Below are positions 25,398 through 37,093 of a DNA stretch of 64,000 nt, piece after piece. The stretch spans positions 215,370,005 through 215,434,004 of the forward strand of contig NC_092370.1 in NCBI RefSeq assembly GCF_030028105.1, read 5' to 3'. This DNA comes from Mobula birostris. Its lineage: Eukaryota. The number at the start of each line of letters is the position of its first letter. Positions within the stretch are counted from its first letter, which is position 1. Under the pieces are notes generated by a model that did no database searches, was not told where the DNA came from, and saw nothing but the letters and a program-made list of their open reading frames with translations. A program made the translations under genes and the position numbers.

Positions 25398-25854
25398 GTG
25401 AGTCATTCGACCAACATAAAATCCAAATTTACTAGCATAACTTTATTTATATTTTATAAATGTAATATTTTGCTGTAAACTTGTATTATAAAATGGAACA
25501 ATTCCATATTGTGAGTAATGTCTGCTGTATATTTGGCTAAATGTAATAGGTTACTTTGTCTTATAAATACTTGGAAATGGTATTCAAATATGTACCCACT
25601 TTGCTATTCTATTTTTTTTTACATAGACAAATAAATGTTGAAATCTATTCCTGAGCTATATTGATAACTCTGTGAACCTGTTATAAATTTATCTTCTAAA
25701 TGTGAACAGTATAAATTTACCTGGGTAGATCAATGGATAAGGTCCTGCATTATGAATATAGGAAGAAATTTAAAATGTAGGATCTTGGCTATTAATCTCT
25801 TAAATACTTCCAGTGGCTTGTGCTATTGAGGGAAAGAATAGGAAGATATGATAA

Positions 25855-26087
25855 ATGATGTGTAGCTGAAAAATTGGTGGGTAAGGATTCAGGAGTTTGC
25901 ACCATTAGATTCTCTTCTACAGCAGAGATGACCTGTGCAAGAGGGTTGGATTACATTTAACTGGAGGAGAACCAATATTCTGCTATGCAGATTTGCTGTT
26001 GCTGAAAGGGTGGGTTTAAATTAGATTGGCCGGGACAGGAATGGGATCTTAAGCATCATGGAGGCAAATGAGAGGCTAGAAAGCGAA
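25855..26087 (+). mobile_element. Degenerate CR1 ORF1 fragment (target of the PLE insertion)
   Basis: Similar to 48620-48790 (…RDDL…GLHLNWR.TNIL..RFA). Confidence 0.55.
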
Positions 26088-26160
26088 GCAGTAATCAGTG
26101 ATACACATAAAAGTTGCTGGTGAACGCAGCAGGCCAGGCAGCATCTCTAGGAAGAGGTGC

Positions 26161-26196
26161 AGTCGATGTTTCAGGCCGAGACCCTTCGTCAGGACT
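26161..26196 (-). ncRNA. Hammerhead ribozyme motif in the left PLE arm (stem III variant GAAACATC)
   Basis: Reverse complement of the motif at 27860-27895 with one G>A change. Confidence 0.55.
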
Positions 26197-27859
26197 AACT
26201 GAAGGAAGAGTGAGTAAGGGATTTGAAAGTTGGAGGGGGAAGGGGAGATCCAAAATGATAGGAGAAGACAGGAGGGGGAGGGATGGAGCCAAGAGCTGGA
26301 CAGGTGATAGGCAAAAGGGATACGAGAGGATCATGGGACAGGAGGTCCGGGAAGAAAGACGGGGGGGGGGGGGGGGAACCCAGAGGATGGGCAACGGGTA
26401 TATTCAGAGGGACAAAAAGGAGAGTGAGAGAAAGAATGTGTGTATAAAAATAAGTAACAGATGGAGTACGAGGGGGAGGTGGGGCATTAGCGGAAGTTAG
26501 AGAAGTCGATGTTCATGCCATCAGGTTGGAGGCTACCCAGACGGAATATAAGGTGTTGTTCCTCCAACCTGAGTGTGGCTTCATCTTTACAGTAGAGGAG
26601 GCCGTGGATAGACATGTCAGAATGGAAATGGGATGTGGAATTAAAATGTGTGGCCACTGGGAGATCCTGCTTTCTCTGGCGGACAGAGCGTAAATGTTCT
26701 GCAAAGCGGTCTCCCAGTCTGCATCAGGTCTCGCCAATATATAAAAGGCCACATCGGGAGCACCGGACGCAGTATATCACCCCAGTCGACTCACAGGTGA
26801 AGTGTTGCCTCACCTGGAAGGACTGTTTGGGGCCCTGAATGGTGGTAAGGGAGGAAGCGTAAGGGCATGTGTAGCACTTGTTCCACTTACACGGATAAGT
26901 GCCAGGAGGGAGATCAGTGGGGAGGGATGGGGGGGACGAATGGACAAGGGAATTGCGTAGGGAGCGATCCCTGCGGAATGCAGGGGGGGGGGGGAGGGAA
27001 AGATGTGCTTAGTGGTGGGATCCCGTTGGAGGTGGCGGAAGGTACGGAGAATAATATGTTGGACCCGGAGGCTGGTGGGGTGGTAAGTGAGGACCAGGGG
27101 AACCCTATTCCTAGTGGGGTGGCGGGAGGATGGAGTGAGAGCAGATGTACGTGAAATGGGGGAGATGCGTTTAAGAGCAGAGTTGATAGTGGAGGAAGGG
27201 AAGCCCCTTTCTTTAAAAACCATTCAGGACCCCAAACAGTCCTTCCAGGTGAGGCAACACTTCACCTGTGAGTCGACTGGGGTGATATACTGCGTCCGGT
27301 GCTCCCGATGTGGCCTTTTATATATTGGCGAGACCTGATGCAGACTGGGAGACCGCTTTGCAGAACATTTACGCTCTGTCCGCCAGAGAAAGCAGGATCT
27401 CCCAGTGGCCACACATTTTAATTCCACATCCCATTTCCATTCTGACATGTCTATCCACGGCCTCCTCTACTGTAAAGATGAAGCCACACTCAGGTTGGAG
27501 GAACAACACCTTATATTCCGTCTGGGTAGCCTCCAACCTGATGGCATGAACATCGACTTCTCTAACTTCCGCTAATGCCCCACCTCCCCCTCGTACCCCG
27601 TCTGTTACTTATTTTTATACACACATTCTTTCTCTCACTCTCCTTTTTGTCCCTCTGAATATACCCGTTGCCCATCCTCTGGGTCCCCCCCCTTGTCGTT
27701 CTTCCTGGACCTCCTGTCCCATGATCCTCTCGTATCCCCTTTTGCCTATCACCTGTCCAGCTCTTGGCTCCATCCCTCCCCCTCCTGTCTTCTCCTATCA
27801 TTTTGGATCTCCCCCTCCCCCTCCAACTTTCAAATCCCTTACTCACTCTTCCTTCAGTT

Positions 27860-27895
27860 AGTCCTGACGAAGGGTCTCGGCCTGAAACGTCGACT
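27860..27895 (+). ncRNA. Minimal type I hammerhead ribozyme motif in the PLE pLTR
   Basis: AGTC-CTGACGA-AGG(GTCTCGG)CCT-GAAAC-GTC^GACT: both core boxes, stems I and II, a palindromic (ACGT) minimal stem III, and a GUC cleavage triplet. Confidence 0.75.
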
Positions 27896-28823
27896 GCACC
27901 TCTTCCTAGAGATGCTGCCTGGCCTGCTGCGTTCACCAGCAACTTTTATGTGTGTTGCTTCAATTTCCAGCATCTGCAGAATTCCTGTTGTTTGCAGTAA
28001 TCAGTGATGGCAGATTGAATAGACATGATAAGCAGGAGACTGACCAGGAAACTCATGACTTCCCTATCTTGAAGTTAAGTCAGTTAGTTCCTTGCTCTCA
28101 CTCACACGGAGTGCAAGATTGTTGTTGTGACACCATTTAACTAGCTGATCTATCACACTCTTGTACAGCACCTCATCTGAGATTCTGCCAAAACACAGTT
28201 GTCAGTTGTGGGACTAACTTGGATGTGGTACCTTAGTTGACAGGAACCAGTTGAGCCAAAGAGCCTGTTTTCTTGCTGTATGTATATAATTGAACTAAAT
28301 GACTGACAGCTCAGTGCACATCAATATATTGGTAGTGGAATGTATATATCTGACTGTTGACAGTGGGCGGGGGGGGAACAAAAACAGAATCCAAGCTCTT
28401 ATAGTGTGAAGAATTTGGATTAATTAATTTAAGGTCTTGGTTATTTTGCAAACTGTATTAGGCATTGCTTTTTAATTTGTACTTTCTAGCAAAAAACCAC
28501 AACCTTTTGAGTACCAATTTGCTTGAAATTGATATCTGATTTCACTATAGAGGTCCAACCGGGGGAAAACTTTATTTAATTCCTTTGGTTCATGGATTAA
28601 GAGTCCAGTCTCGTCAGTCTGATCAGGAAAAATTTTGTTTGCTATTGGAAAAGCACAGGTGCAATAAATGGAAGTGTATCCATTTGTAGAATGCAGTTTC
28701 TTGAAAGTGATCATTATTAGGTTTATTGTTTACAGATTCTTGAACTTGCAGGAATGTTATTACTGTGAGTAGCATTCCTTTTAGCTTTTAAAATGCATGC
28801 CAACAGAATCATTTTGTCAAATA

Positions 28824-29465
28824 CAGTGCTTTCTGATTAATTGGGACCAATACATTTTGGCCAATTAAGCAGCTGCCCCAATTAGCTGAACTTTCATGAA
28901 AATAGTTTAAAAGGTATATATAAAAAAAATCAGTGCAGACATCTAATGCAGATGGACTGCTTTCATACATACTGTTGATGGTTCCATCCCCCAGATCTTC
29001 ATTTTCATTGTAACATTCAAGATGTTAATTCAAATTAGAAACTACGGAGAATTCGATACCTTCAAATTCTTCCTTTAAACTCCCCGCTGTTTCTGGCATC
29101 TTCAGTCCTAAGTGCTTGAAAGCACAATGAGCAGAACAGTTCTGAATTGTCTTGCAGCTTATTTCTCAGCAGCTATCAGTGACAAAAATCACCTGCTTTT
29201 TGAACACAAACTCATGCAACTGATGCTATTTAAAAACTGTACACTCGATGCATGGTGTAGTGTCTAATGGCCATGCAAGAGCACATGACTAACACTGGTT
29301 AGAAACTGTTCAGCAACAGTTTCTTGCTCCAATTAAATGGCATAATATCCCAAATAAGCAAAGGGAATCCCAGCTACTTTGTTGAATAGTTTTTGTTCTT
29401 TAAGAGTTGTTCCAAATAAACGGCTGCTCCAATTAATCGTTGACCCAATTAACTGGAATCCACTG
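28824..29465. mobile_element. Tigger/pogo-like MITE
   Basis: TA|CAGTG…TTAATTGGG and CCCAATTAACTGGAATCCACTG|TA ends. Same family as 1-777. Confidence 0.75.
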
Positions 29466-30598
29466 TATTTGACTGGTATCTGGGATATTCTTATGTAGCT
29501 GTTTGACTGCCTCTTCTCTAACAGTTTTAAATTAAGATCATGAACTATCTTGTATGCCTTCATTGAAGTGTTTTGGTAAATGTTGTTTGGTAAGGACTAG
29601 CTTATTAACCAGCCTCTGGATATAGGATGCATTTTGGGACATATAACATTTAAATTTTTAATTTATTTATGAATCAGAAGGTTATTTCTAAAATTTGAGC
29701 TGAAGCCAGATGTTGGAATTCTGATTTGCATGAATTAAGCTACGTTGGCTATATTTGACGATCCAAGAGATTTTGCAGTTTTAGTATAAGTTTATTGATA
29801 ACCAAAAAGTACGCCATAAGTTGGAGGAAAGTTTTACTTAAGTTGAATAATGCTTTGGTCAAAGTATAAGTTGAATACAACAAAGAAGTTGGCTTTTTTG
29901 GAATTATTTTTACACTTAACTAAAAGGTGGTTGATCTTATTTTGAAATGAGTCGCCTTGGAAACCTAGGATATATAACCTTGAAAGTAAGTAAAATGTGA
30001 CTTCAATGTTTAGCCACAGAGCCATGCAGTACAGAACCAGGCCTTTTGGTTTACCAAGTTCCTGCCAACCATCCATCACCCATTTATATTAATCCTATAT
30101 TGATCCCATTTTTTATTCGCAGCACCTTCTCATCACTTCCCTCAGATTTTATCACACACCTACACAGTAGGGGCAGTAAACCTACCAGCCTGCTTGACTT
30201 AAAAACCGTTTTGAGTTATTTGGATATCTGCCAATTTAATGTAGTTACTCATTTAAAAAGTATTGATATGAGTATTTTTTGGCAAAGCACAAAGTAGAGC
30301 CCTTTAGGTTTCTCACATGACATAATTCCATTGACTTGGTTCAAAAGAGAACTTAAGTGTTGTTGATGGAAATAGTTGGATGCTGTGTGTCTTGGTTAGT
30401 GATGAGCCATGTTCTTGCCATCGTGCAAATGCCCAACTTATGTACAGTCCGTACATGCAACCAAGCATTTAGGAGTTTGGCAGAACAGATTTTGCTGGCT
30501 GCTGCAGGGCTTCAGACATCTATCAAGTGAGGACTCATGGCCGTATTTCTGATTTGCAAACTGTTCAGATTATGAACAGTTCATACAAATGGAGCGTA

Positions 30599-31304
30599 AG
30601 GCTGTTTTATACTTCTGCGTAGTAGTCTACGCAAGTGGCCTATGCCGTTGTGAGCATTTATACTTGTGCATTGGTGTGTCTGCGTCGCTCTGCAATTCAC
30701 TGCCAAAATGCTAGTTGGCGGTGGGGTTTCTATGCCACTGTGTTGAGATTCTTCGTATTGAAACTCAACACAAAGAAACTCAAACTTTAAACAATGGCGA
30801 CTGAAACTGAAGGAGGGTGAATTTTCTGTGCTTGTCTAGCCACTGAGAGACATGGGCGAGGAAGTGCATTTCAAATATTCTTGGATGTCGGCAGGTAGGT
30901 TTGATGATTTGGTTCATCGTCTCCAACCATTTATTTTGCATCAGTGTACGCACAGTATACTCAGAAACTGGCAATCACCATTCGAGTTTTAGCTTCAGGT
31001 GGAAGTCAACAGGCTGTAGCAGCTAGCTACAAACTGGCGTCAAGCACGGTCCTCCATAATTTTGGAGGTCTGTAAAGCTTTATGGAAAGCATTGTGGCCA
31101 GAGTTCCTTCCCTGCCCTTCAGTTGCCCGATGGGAAGCTATTGCAGCGTAGGAGGAAATGCGAGGCTACCAAGCAGACCAATCACAGTTGTTGCGGTCTG
31201 CGTTGCCCCGATGCATAGTTACATTTTTGGGGAGGTGTGCGTCAGGGTACGGCGTAGGGTATGCGGCTACGGTGTAGATTTGACGCTGAAGTATAAATTG
31301 GCCT
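30599..31304 (+). mobile_element. PIF/Harbinger non-autonomous element
   Basis: TIRs AGGCTGTTTTATACTTCTGCGT and ACGCTGAAGTATAAATTGGCCT, flanked by TAA/TTA-like sequence. Transposase remnant [28 protein letters not shown]…[10 protein letters not shown]. Confidence 0.75.
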
Positions 31305-31699
31305 TTACTGTAGCCTGAGGGGGGTGTGTAATTGATGGGCTTTATTTTTACCTGGGAACACTTTGGGAATTCTTGTATTTGAAAAATAACTCTCTACTAC
31401 TAATCAGTATTAGCAATTAAATTTAAATGAAGCTCAGCTATATTTCATTATTAATACACCTTAAAGGATGTTTCTTTGGTTGACCAGCTGTTTGAAAACA
31501 AAGTGTTATAACAGGCAGAATTTTTTTTGACAGAAAAATACTAAGCACATTAAAGCTTAAAAAATACCAACTTTGAGACTCAAATTTATGTAGCTGTATG
31601 AAGTGAAGGAAAGCTTGCCCTTGCTGAAATTATAGTCCTTACAACACAGAATAATGTTACTATAAACATGTCTAATGAGTCTTTATATCCCTTTTGCAG

Positions 31700-32143
31700 T
31701 GTGGAAATGTATTTCCCTCAGACAGACTCCTGGACAGGTCTGGCACCACTCAGTAGCCCACGTTATGAATGCGGAGTTGCTGTTGTTGATCAAAAACTTT
31801 ATGTGGTAGGAGGAATTGCAACCCATATTCAACAAGGAATCAATTATCGAAAGCATGAGAATTTGGTGGAAGGTTGGAATCCAGAGACCAACAAATGGAC
31901 ATCAGTAGAACGAATGAATGAATGCCGAAGCACTCTTGGAGTGTCTGTTTTAGCCGGTGAACTCTATGCATTAGGTGGTTATGATGGAGAAAATTATTTG
32001 CAGTCTGTGGAAAAATACATTCCTAAAATCAAAAAATGGCAGCCTGTTGCACCTATGTTGAAAAGCCGAAGTTGTTTTGCAGCTGCAGTTTTGGATGGAA
32101 TGATATATGCTATAGGAGGATATGGTCCTGCCCACATGAACAG
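31700..32143 (+). CDS. KLHL28: KLHL28 coding exon 2 (Kelch repeats)
   Basis: Acceptor TTTTGCAG, donor AG|GTAATA; 444 nt, phase 2-2. Kelch GG/Y/W motifs. Confidence 0.96.
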
Positions 32144-32244
32144 GTAATACAGTATAATCTTTATAACACAAAAAATATAGTTTTGGAAACAAAATGGTAA
32201 ATTTATATTTGTTGGGGATAAATAGTAAAGATTTAAAATGTATA

Positions 32245-33775
32245 CAGTGCCTATAAAAAGTGTTCCTTCTCCTCCCCCCCCCCCCCCGGAAGTTTTCATA
32301 TTTTATTGTTTTATAGCATTGAATCACAGTGGATTTAATTTGGATTTTTTGACACTGATCAACAGAAAAAGACACTTCCGTGTCAAAGTGAAAACAGAGG
32401 TATACAAGATAATGAGAGGCATTGATCGTGTGGATAGTCAGAGGCTTTTTCCCAGGGCTGAAATGGCTAGCACAAGAGGGCATATTTTTAAGGTGCTTGG
32501 AAGTAGGTACAGAGGAGCTATTGGGTTTGTTTTTTACGCAGAGGGTGGTGAGTGCGTGGAATGGGCTGCTGGTGGCGGCGGTGGAGGCGGAAACAATAGG
32601 GTCTTTTAAGAGACTCCTGGATGGGATACATTGAGCTTAGAAAAATAGGGGGCTACGGGTAAGCCTAGGTAGTTCTAAGGTAAGGACAAGTTCGACACAG
32701 CTTCGTGGGCCGAAGGGCCTGTATTGTACTGTAGGTTTTCTATGTTTCTAGATCTCTACAAAGTGATCTAAATTAATCACAAATATAAAACAAAATAAAT
32801 AATTGCATTAGTATTCACCCCCTTTAGTATGACACACCAAATCAACTGTTGCCCAGGTGCTTCACCAATCGCAGCTTTATGGGAGACTGGCAAAAAGAAA
32901 ACCACTATTGGTGGTGGGGGGCGGGGGAACTCACATGAAATCTCAGCTACAGTTTGCCAGAAAGCATGTGGGAGACTCTGAAGTTAACTGGAAGACATTT
33001 TCCAGTTTGGTCTTTGGTCATCAGACTAAGTACTATGTTTGGCATAAGCCAAAACACCGCACATCATCAAAAACACACCATCCCTACTGTAAAGCATGGT
33101 AATGGCTGCATCATGCTGTGGGGATGCTTCAGTGCAGCAGGCCCTGGAAGGCTTGTGAAAGAAGAGGGTAAAATGATTACAGCAAAATACAAGGAAATCC
33201 TGGAGGAAAACCTGATGCAGTCTGCAAGGGAACTGCAACTTGGGAGAAGATTTGAAGATTTGTTTTCCAGCAAGATAATGACCCCAAGCATAAAGCCAAA
33301 GCTACACAGGAATGGCTTAAAAACGACAGAGTTAATCTCCTGGAGTGGCCAAGTCAGCGTCCAGACCTCAATCCAATTGAAAATTTGTGGCTGGGCTTGA
33401 AAAGGGCTGTCCACTCACAATCCCCATGCAATCTGACAGAGCTTGAGCAGTTTTGTGAAGAATGGGGAAAAATTTGCAGTGTCCAGATGTGCAAAACTGA
33501 TAGACTTATCCACAGAGATTCAAGGCTGTAATTGCTGCCAAGCGTGCATCTACTAAATACTGACTTGGGTGTGAATACTTATGCAATCAATTATTTTGTT
33601 TTTTATATTTGATTAATTTAGATTACTTTGTAAAGATCTGTTTTCACATTGACACAACAGAGTCTTTTTCTGTTGATCAGTGGCAAAAAAAAAATTAAAT
33701 CCATTGTAATTCAATGTTGTAAAACAATAAAACACGAAAACTTCCAAGGGGTATGAAGACTTTTTATAGGCACTG
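32245..33775 (+). mobile_element. Tc1-like transposon with long TIRs, internally deleted and frameshifted
   Basis: TA|CAGTGCCTATAAAAAGT … TTTTTATAGGCACTG|TA. Transposase motifs [23 protein letters not shown] and [15 protein letters not shown] across frames. Confidence 0.9.
32399..32750 (+). mobile_element. CR1 3' fragment nested in the left Tc1 TIR
   Basis: VYKIMRGIDRVDSQRLFPRAE… followed by a (TTTCTATG)n tail. Closely related to 51870-52217. Confidence 0.85.
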
Positions 33776-34595
33776 TATTTTCATTCATTCAATCAAAACC
33801 TCTGTTCCACAGTTTTGTTTGCCTGATGTATTATGAGTTCTATTGTTTCTGGCAACTCTGTATGGACCCTGTTGGTGATTATATATATGTGACTGTTGAC
33901 CACAAATAATCCTTGGCGAGGAGTCCTTTTATTGGTTGGTTAAATGTCATGAAAGCTTCCACATTCCGCTAGAAAGTGAGCAAGAATGAAAATCCTAATT
34001 TGTGGATTTTTTCTTTGCCCTTATTTCCCTGGTTGAAGTAAATTTAACTTCACTTTGGCTCATAATAGAATCTCCAGATTTTGCTGTCTGTATTCTGTCC
34101 TTCATGAAATTGTCTTTCCATGGATAGTCAATAAGAATGGTTTTAATGTTTTGTTTCTTTTTGTATTTGCAGTATGTTATCTTTTGCACACTGGTTGTCC
34201 ACCCTGTTAGTGTGGACTTTCATTGATTCTATTATGGTTATTGGATTTATTCAGTATACCTGTAAGAAAATTAATCTCAGGGTTGTACATGGTGATATAC
34301 ATGTACTTCGATAATAAATTTAGTTTGAACTTGGTCTTTTGCTTGAGTAAGAACATAAAAATTAGCTAAAGTAGGGCACCCTCGAACTAATTCTGCCTTT
34401 CAATATGATAATTCATACTATAATATGGCATTACTGCCTACCCCTGGACACTATTCATTCCCTTATCAAGAATCAATCTTCCTCTGCCTCTATTGCTTGT
34501 ATGAGAATAAGAGTTTTATGAATATTTTTTAAAGCAGAGGTGCAAAAGTACTCAGCCCTCAGAATTGCATTGAAACATTGCAGCAATGATTAGTT

Positions 34596-34786
34596 GCAAC
34601 ACACATCAAAGTTGCTGGTGAACGCAGCAGGCCAGGCAGCATCTCTAGGAAGAGGTACAGTCGACGTTTCAGGCCGAGACCCTTCGTCAGGACTAACTGA
34701 AGGAAGAGTTAGTAAGAGATCTGCGTTCACCAGCAACTTTGATGTGTGTTGCTTGAATTTCCAGCATCTGCAGAATTCCTGTTGTT
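34596..34786. mobile_element. Short fold-back Penelope-like element
   Basis: pLTR end inverted on itself. Perfect 14-bp TSD AGCAATGATTAGTT (34582-34595 and 34787-34800). Confidence 0.88.
34659..34694 (-). ncRNA. Minimal hammerhead ribozyme motif, intact core
   Basis: The reverse complement reads AGTCCTGACGAAGGGTCTCGGCCTGAAACGTCGACT, identical to 27860-27895. Confidence 0.72.
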
Positions 34787-35400
34787 AGCAATGATTAGTT
34801 TTTTGGTTTGACTAATTACTACTTGTACCTTTGGCAAATCATGCCATGGGACACCGAAGTCCCTCTGGACTTAATACCTTTGTAGTCTCTCATCCTTCAA
34901 ATTTTATGTTTTGTGCTAACAATAATCAACTTTACATTTTCCAACACTGCATGCTATTTACCAGATTTTTCCCCATTCACTTAACTTGTGTCCTTAGAGA
35001 CACCTTTTCGTGTCACATTTATGTAGTCTAACCATTTGTGACATTTTTCAAAAATTTGATGCAGCATTTTAACTATGAACAGAAAGTATTAAAGGCTTAA
35101 GATCATATCCAGGTATTGCTTTTTTTTGGGTGGGGGAGGAGGGGGAGAAAGACTGCTGGTTTCTTGGGCCAATACATTTGTTGATGCAGTATCCAACTTT
35201 TCTGTCAAATTAATTATCCTTTCTAATTAGCAAATTGCCATTGTCAGAATTAATTGAACAGTATTTAATAAAATTAAATCCTAATTTGAATTTTTGTTTA
35301 CGTTAGAATGTAATTTCCTTCCACATCTGTTGTTTTAATTACACTAAACAATTTTTTTTGAAAATATTGCTTCTTCAGAAATTTTTTGTTTATGATAGAC

Positions 35401-36115
35401 CGCTGGAAACTGAACACAAATATAATTTCAGACTATTTGTATCACATAGGAATTTGGAGACACAAGTAATTAACTTTTGAATATAATGCATTTAATTGCA
35501 TAACGGTGCTGTTGCTTTGCAGTAGTTCATCTAAGCTTAAGATGTTTTGTTGATGATTTTCATTTATGCTCTGTGTCTGAGCCTTCTTGCCTAAGTGTAC
35601 AACAATAATCAGCCAGCATTGATGGATTCCAGTTGCTCTGATACTGTTTCTCCATGACTGCAGTGTCCTGGTGAAACATTTCACCATGCTCAGCACTGTG
35701 CCAAGATCTGCAGGGAAGAAGTCTAAATGGGAATGTAGAAAATTAATCTTTAGTGACATGTTGCTCTTCATGGTTTTGTATGTTTGAAGCATGTTGTCAA
35801 CCAGTTAGCTGTGTGTACTTTGGGGCTCTGTTACCGCCAAGAAAAATTTCAACAACATCCTTGAATGCCTTCCATGCAGTTTTCTCCAGTCCCAAAGAGT
35901 TTCTTCGAATTGCCTGTCATCAATGGATTTGTGCCTTCCTGAATCTTGGCATCAGTTATTCTGACTCAAATTATGAAATGAGTTAACAACTATAGGTGAA
36001 TTTTTAAAAATGGTGCATGATAGGAAAATTTCATGATAATTTTCATTATCAGCAGCCCAAAATCCATAAAATAGACCCAAAAGTATTCAGGAAACAAAAT
36101 TTTTGTTATCCAGTG
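35401..36115 (-). mobile_element. Chapaev3-like DNA transposon, deleted derivative
   Basis: Transposase C-terminal motif MSLKINFLHSHLDFFPADLG…EHGEMFHQD…MLADYC across a frameshift. The minus-strand end begins CACTGG next to TAA. Confidence 0.65.
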
Positions 36116-36577
36116 TTATATAAACTGAGTATTCTGGAAAGTTATATATAGTTTCACTGGACACCATTGCCCATTTTGAATTTTCTAATAGGAATGTTAA
36201 TTTTGTCATAAAATTACAATTTATTTCTCTCATCAATGTGAAGTTAATCCTTGCATCAAACAAAGGGATCTAATATACTAGAGTCAATTAACTTTTGTTA
36301 AATGGGTTGAATCTGGCTCCTTTTGAAAGCAGGTAAGCTTTAGTCACTTTTTTCAGAGCAAGAAATGTGAAAAAATATTAATAAAGGAATCAAAAGTTTG
36401 CAATCATAGTGCCATTTGTTTGAAAAATGTTGGTGAAAATGTAAGTTTATAGTAGTCAAACTGTTGAAATGCGTGAGGAGAACTTCATATTGGTTATTGA
36501 CATCAGTTTGTTTTTATTATAATTGCTTGTTTAAGTGAGCTTAATCCGTCATTTTACTTTTTTGTGCATGAAAATAG

Positions 36578-36786
36578 TGTGGAGCGTTATGATCCTAGCA
36601 AAGATTCCTGGGAGATGGTAGCTCCAATGGCTGATAAAAGAATTAACTTTGGCGTTGGTGCAATGCTTGGATTCATCTTTGTTGTTGGTGGACACAATGG
36701 TGTATCACACTTGCAAAGTGTTGAGAGATATGAACCCCATCAAAATCAGTGGACTTTGTGTAGACCAATGAATGATCCAAGAACAG
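36578..36786 (+). CDS. KLHL28: KLHL28 coding exon 3
   Basis: Acceptor ATAG, donor AG|GTAAAT; 209 nt; encodes VERYDPSKDSWEMVAPM…VVGGHNG. Confidence 0.95.
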
Positions 36787-36929
36787 GTAAATCTTGGAAA
36801 GTCTTTTTACTAAAGCGATTTGTAATTGTATAGTCTTAAAATGATTTTGTCAGATTCATTTTGAGCTTTTCAATGTACAATATTTTTGAAATCCTTTTAA
36901 ATAAAATGTCATCTTTCTCCCCTTGACAG

Positions 36930-37093
36930 GAGTTGGTGCGGCCATTGTAGATAATTACCTCTATGTGGTGGGAGGTCATTCAGGGTCATCGTACCTGAAC
37001 ATGGTACAGAGGTATGACCCAACCCTGGATACTTGGTCAGATTCTACTGGTATGTTATCATGTCGGTGCAACTTTGGGCTGGCTGCATTTTGA
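36930..37093 (+). CDS. KLHL28: KLHL28 last coding exon
   Basis: Acceptor CCTTGACAG; encodes GVGAAIVDNYLYVVGGHSGSSYLNMVQRYDPTLDTWSDSTGMLSCRCNFGLAAF*. Total CDS 899+444+209+164=1716 nt (571 aa). Absent from the ORF track. Confidence 0.95.

Larger units (their letters stand above)
26103..27993. mobile_element. Penelope-like element (GIY-YIG end plus pLTR) with inverted duplication
   Basis: GIY-YIG motif FTCESTGVIYCVRCSRCGLLYIGET. Near-perfect inverted arms 26103-26843 and 27219-27953, with a 40-nt tail on the right arm only. 15-bp TSD GCAGTAATCAGTGAT (26088-26102 and 27994-28008). Confidence 0.92.
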
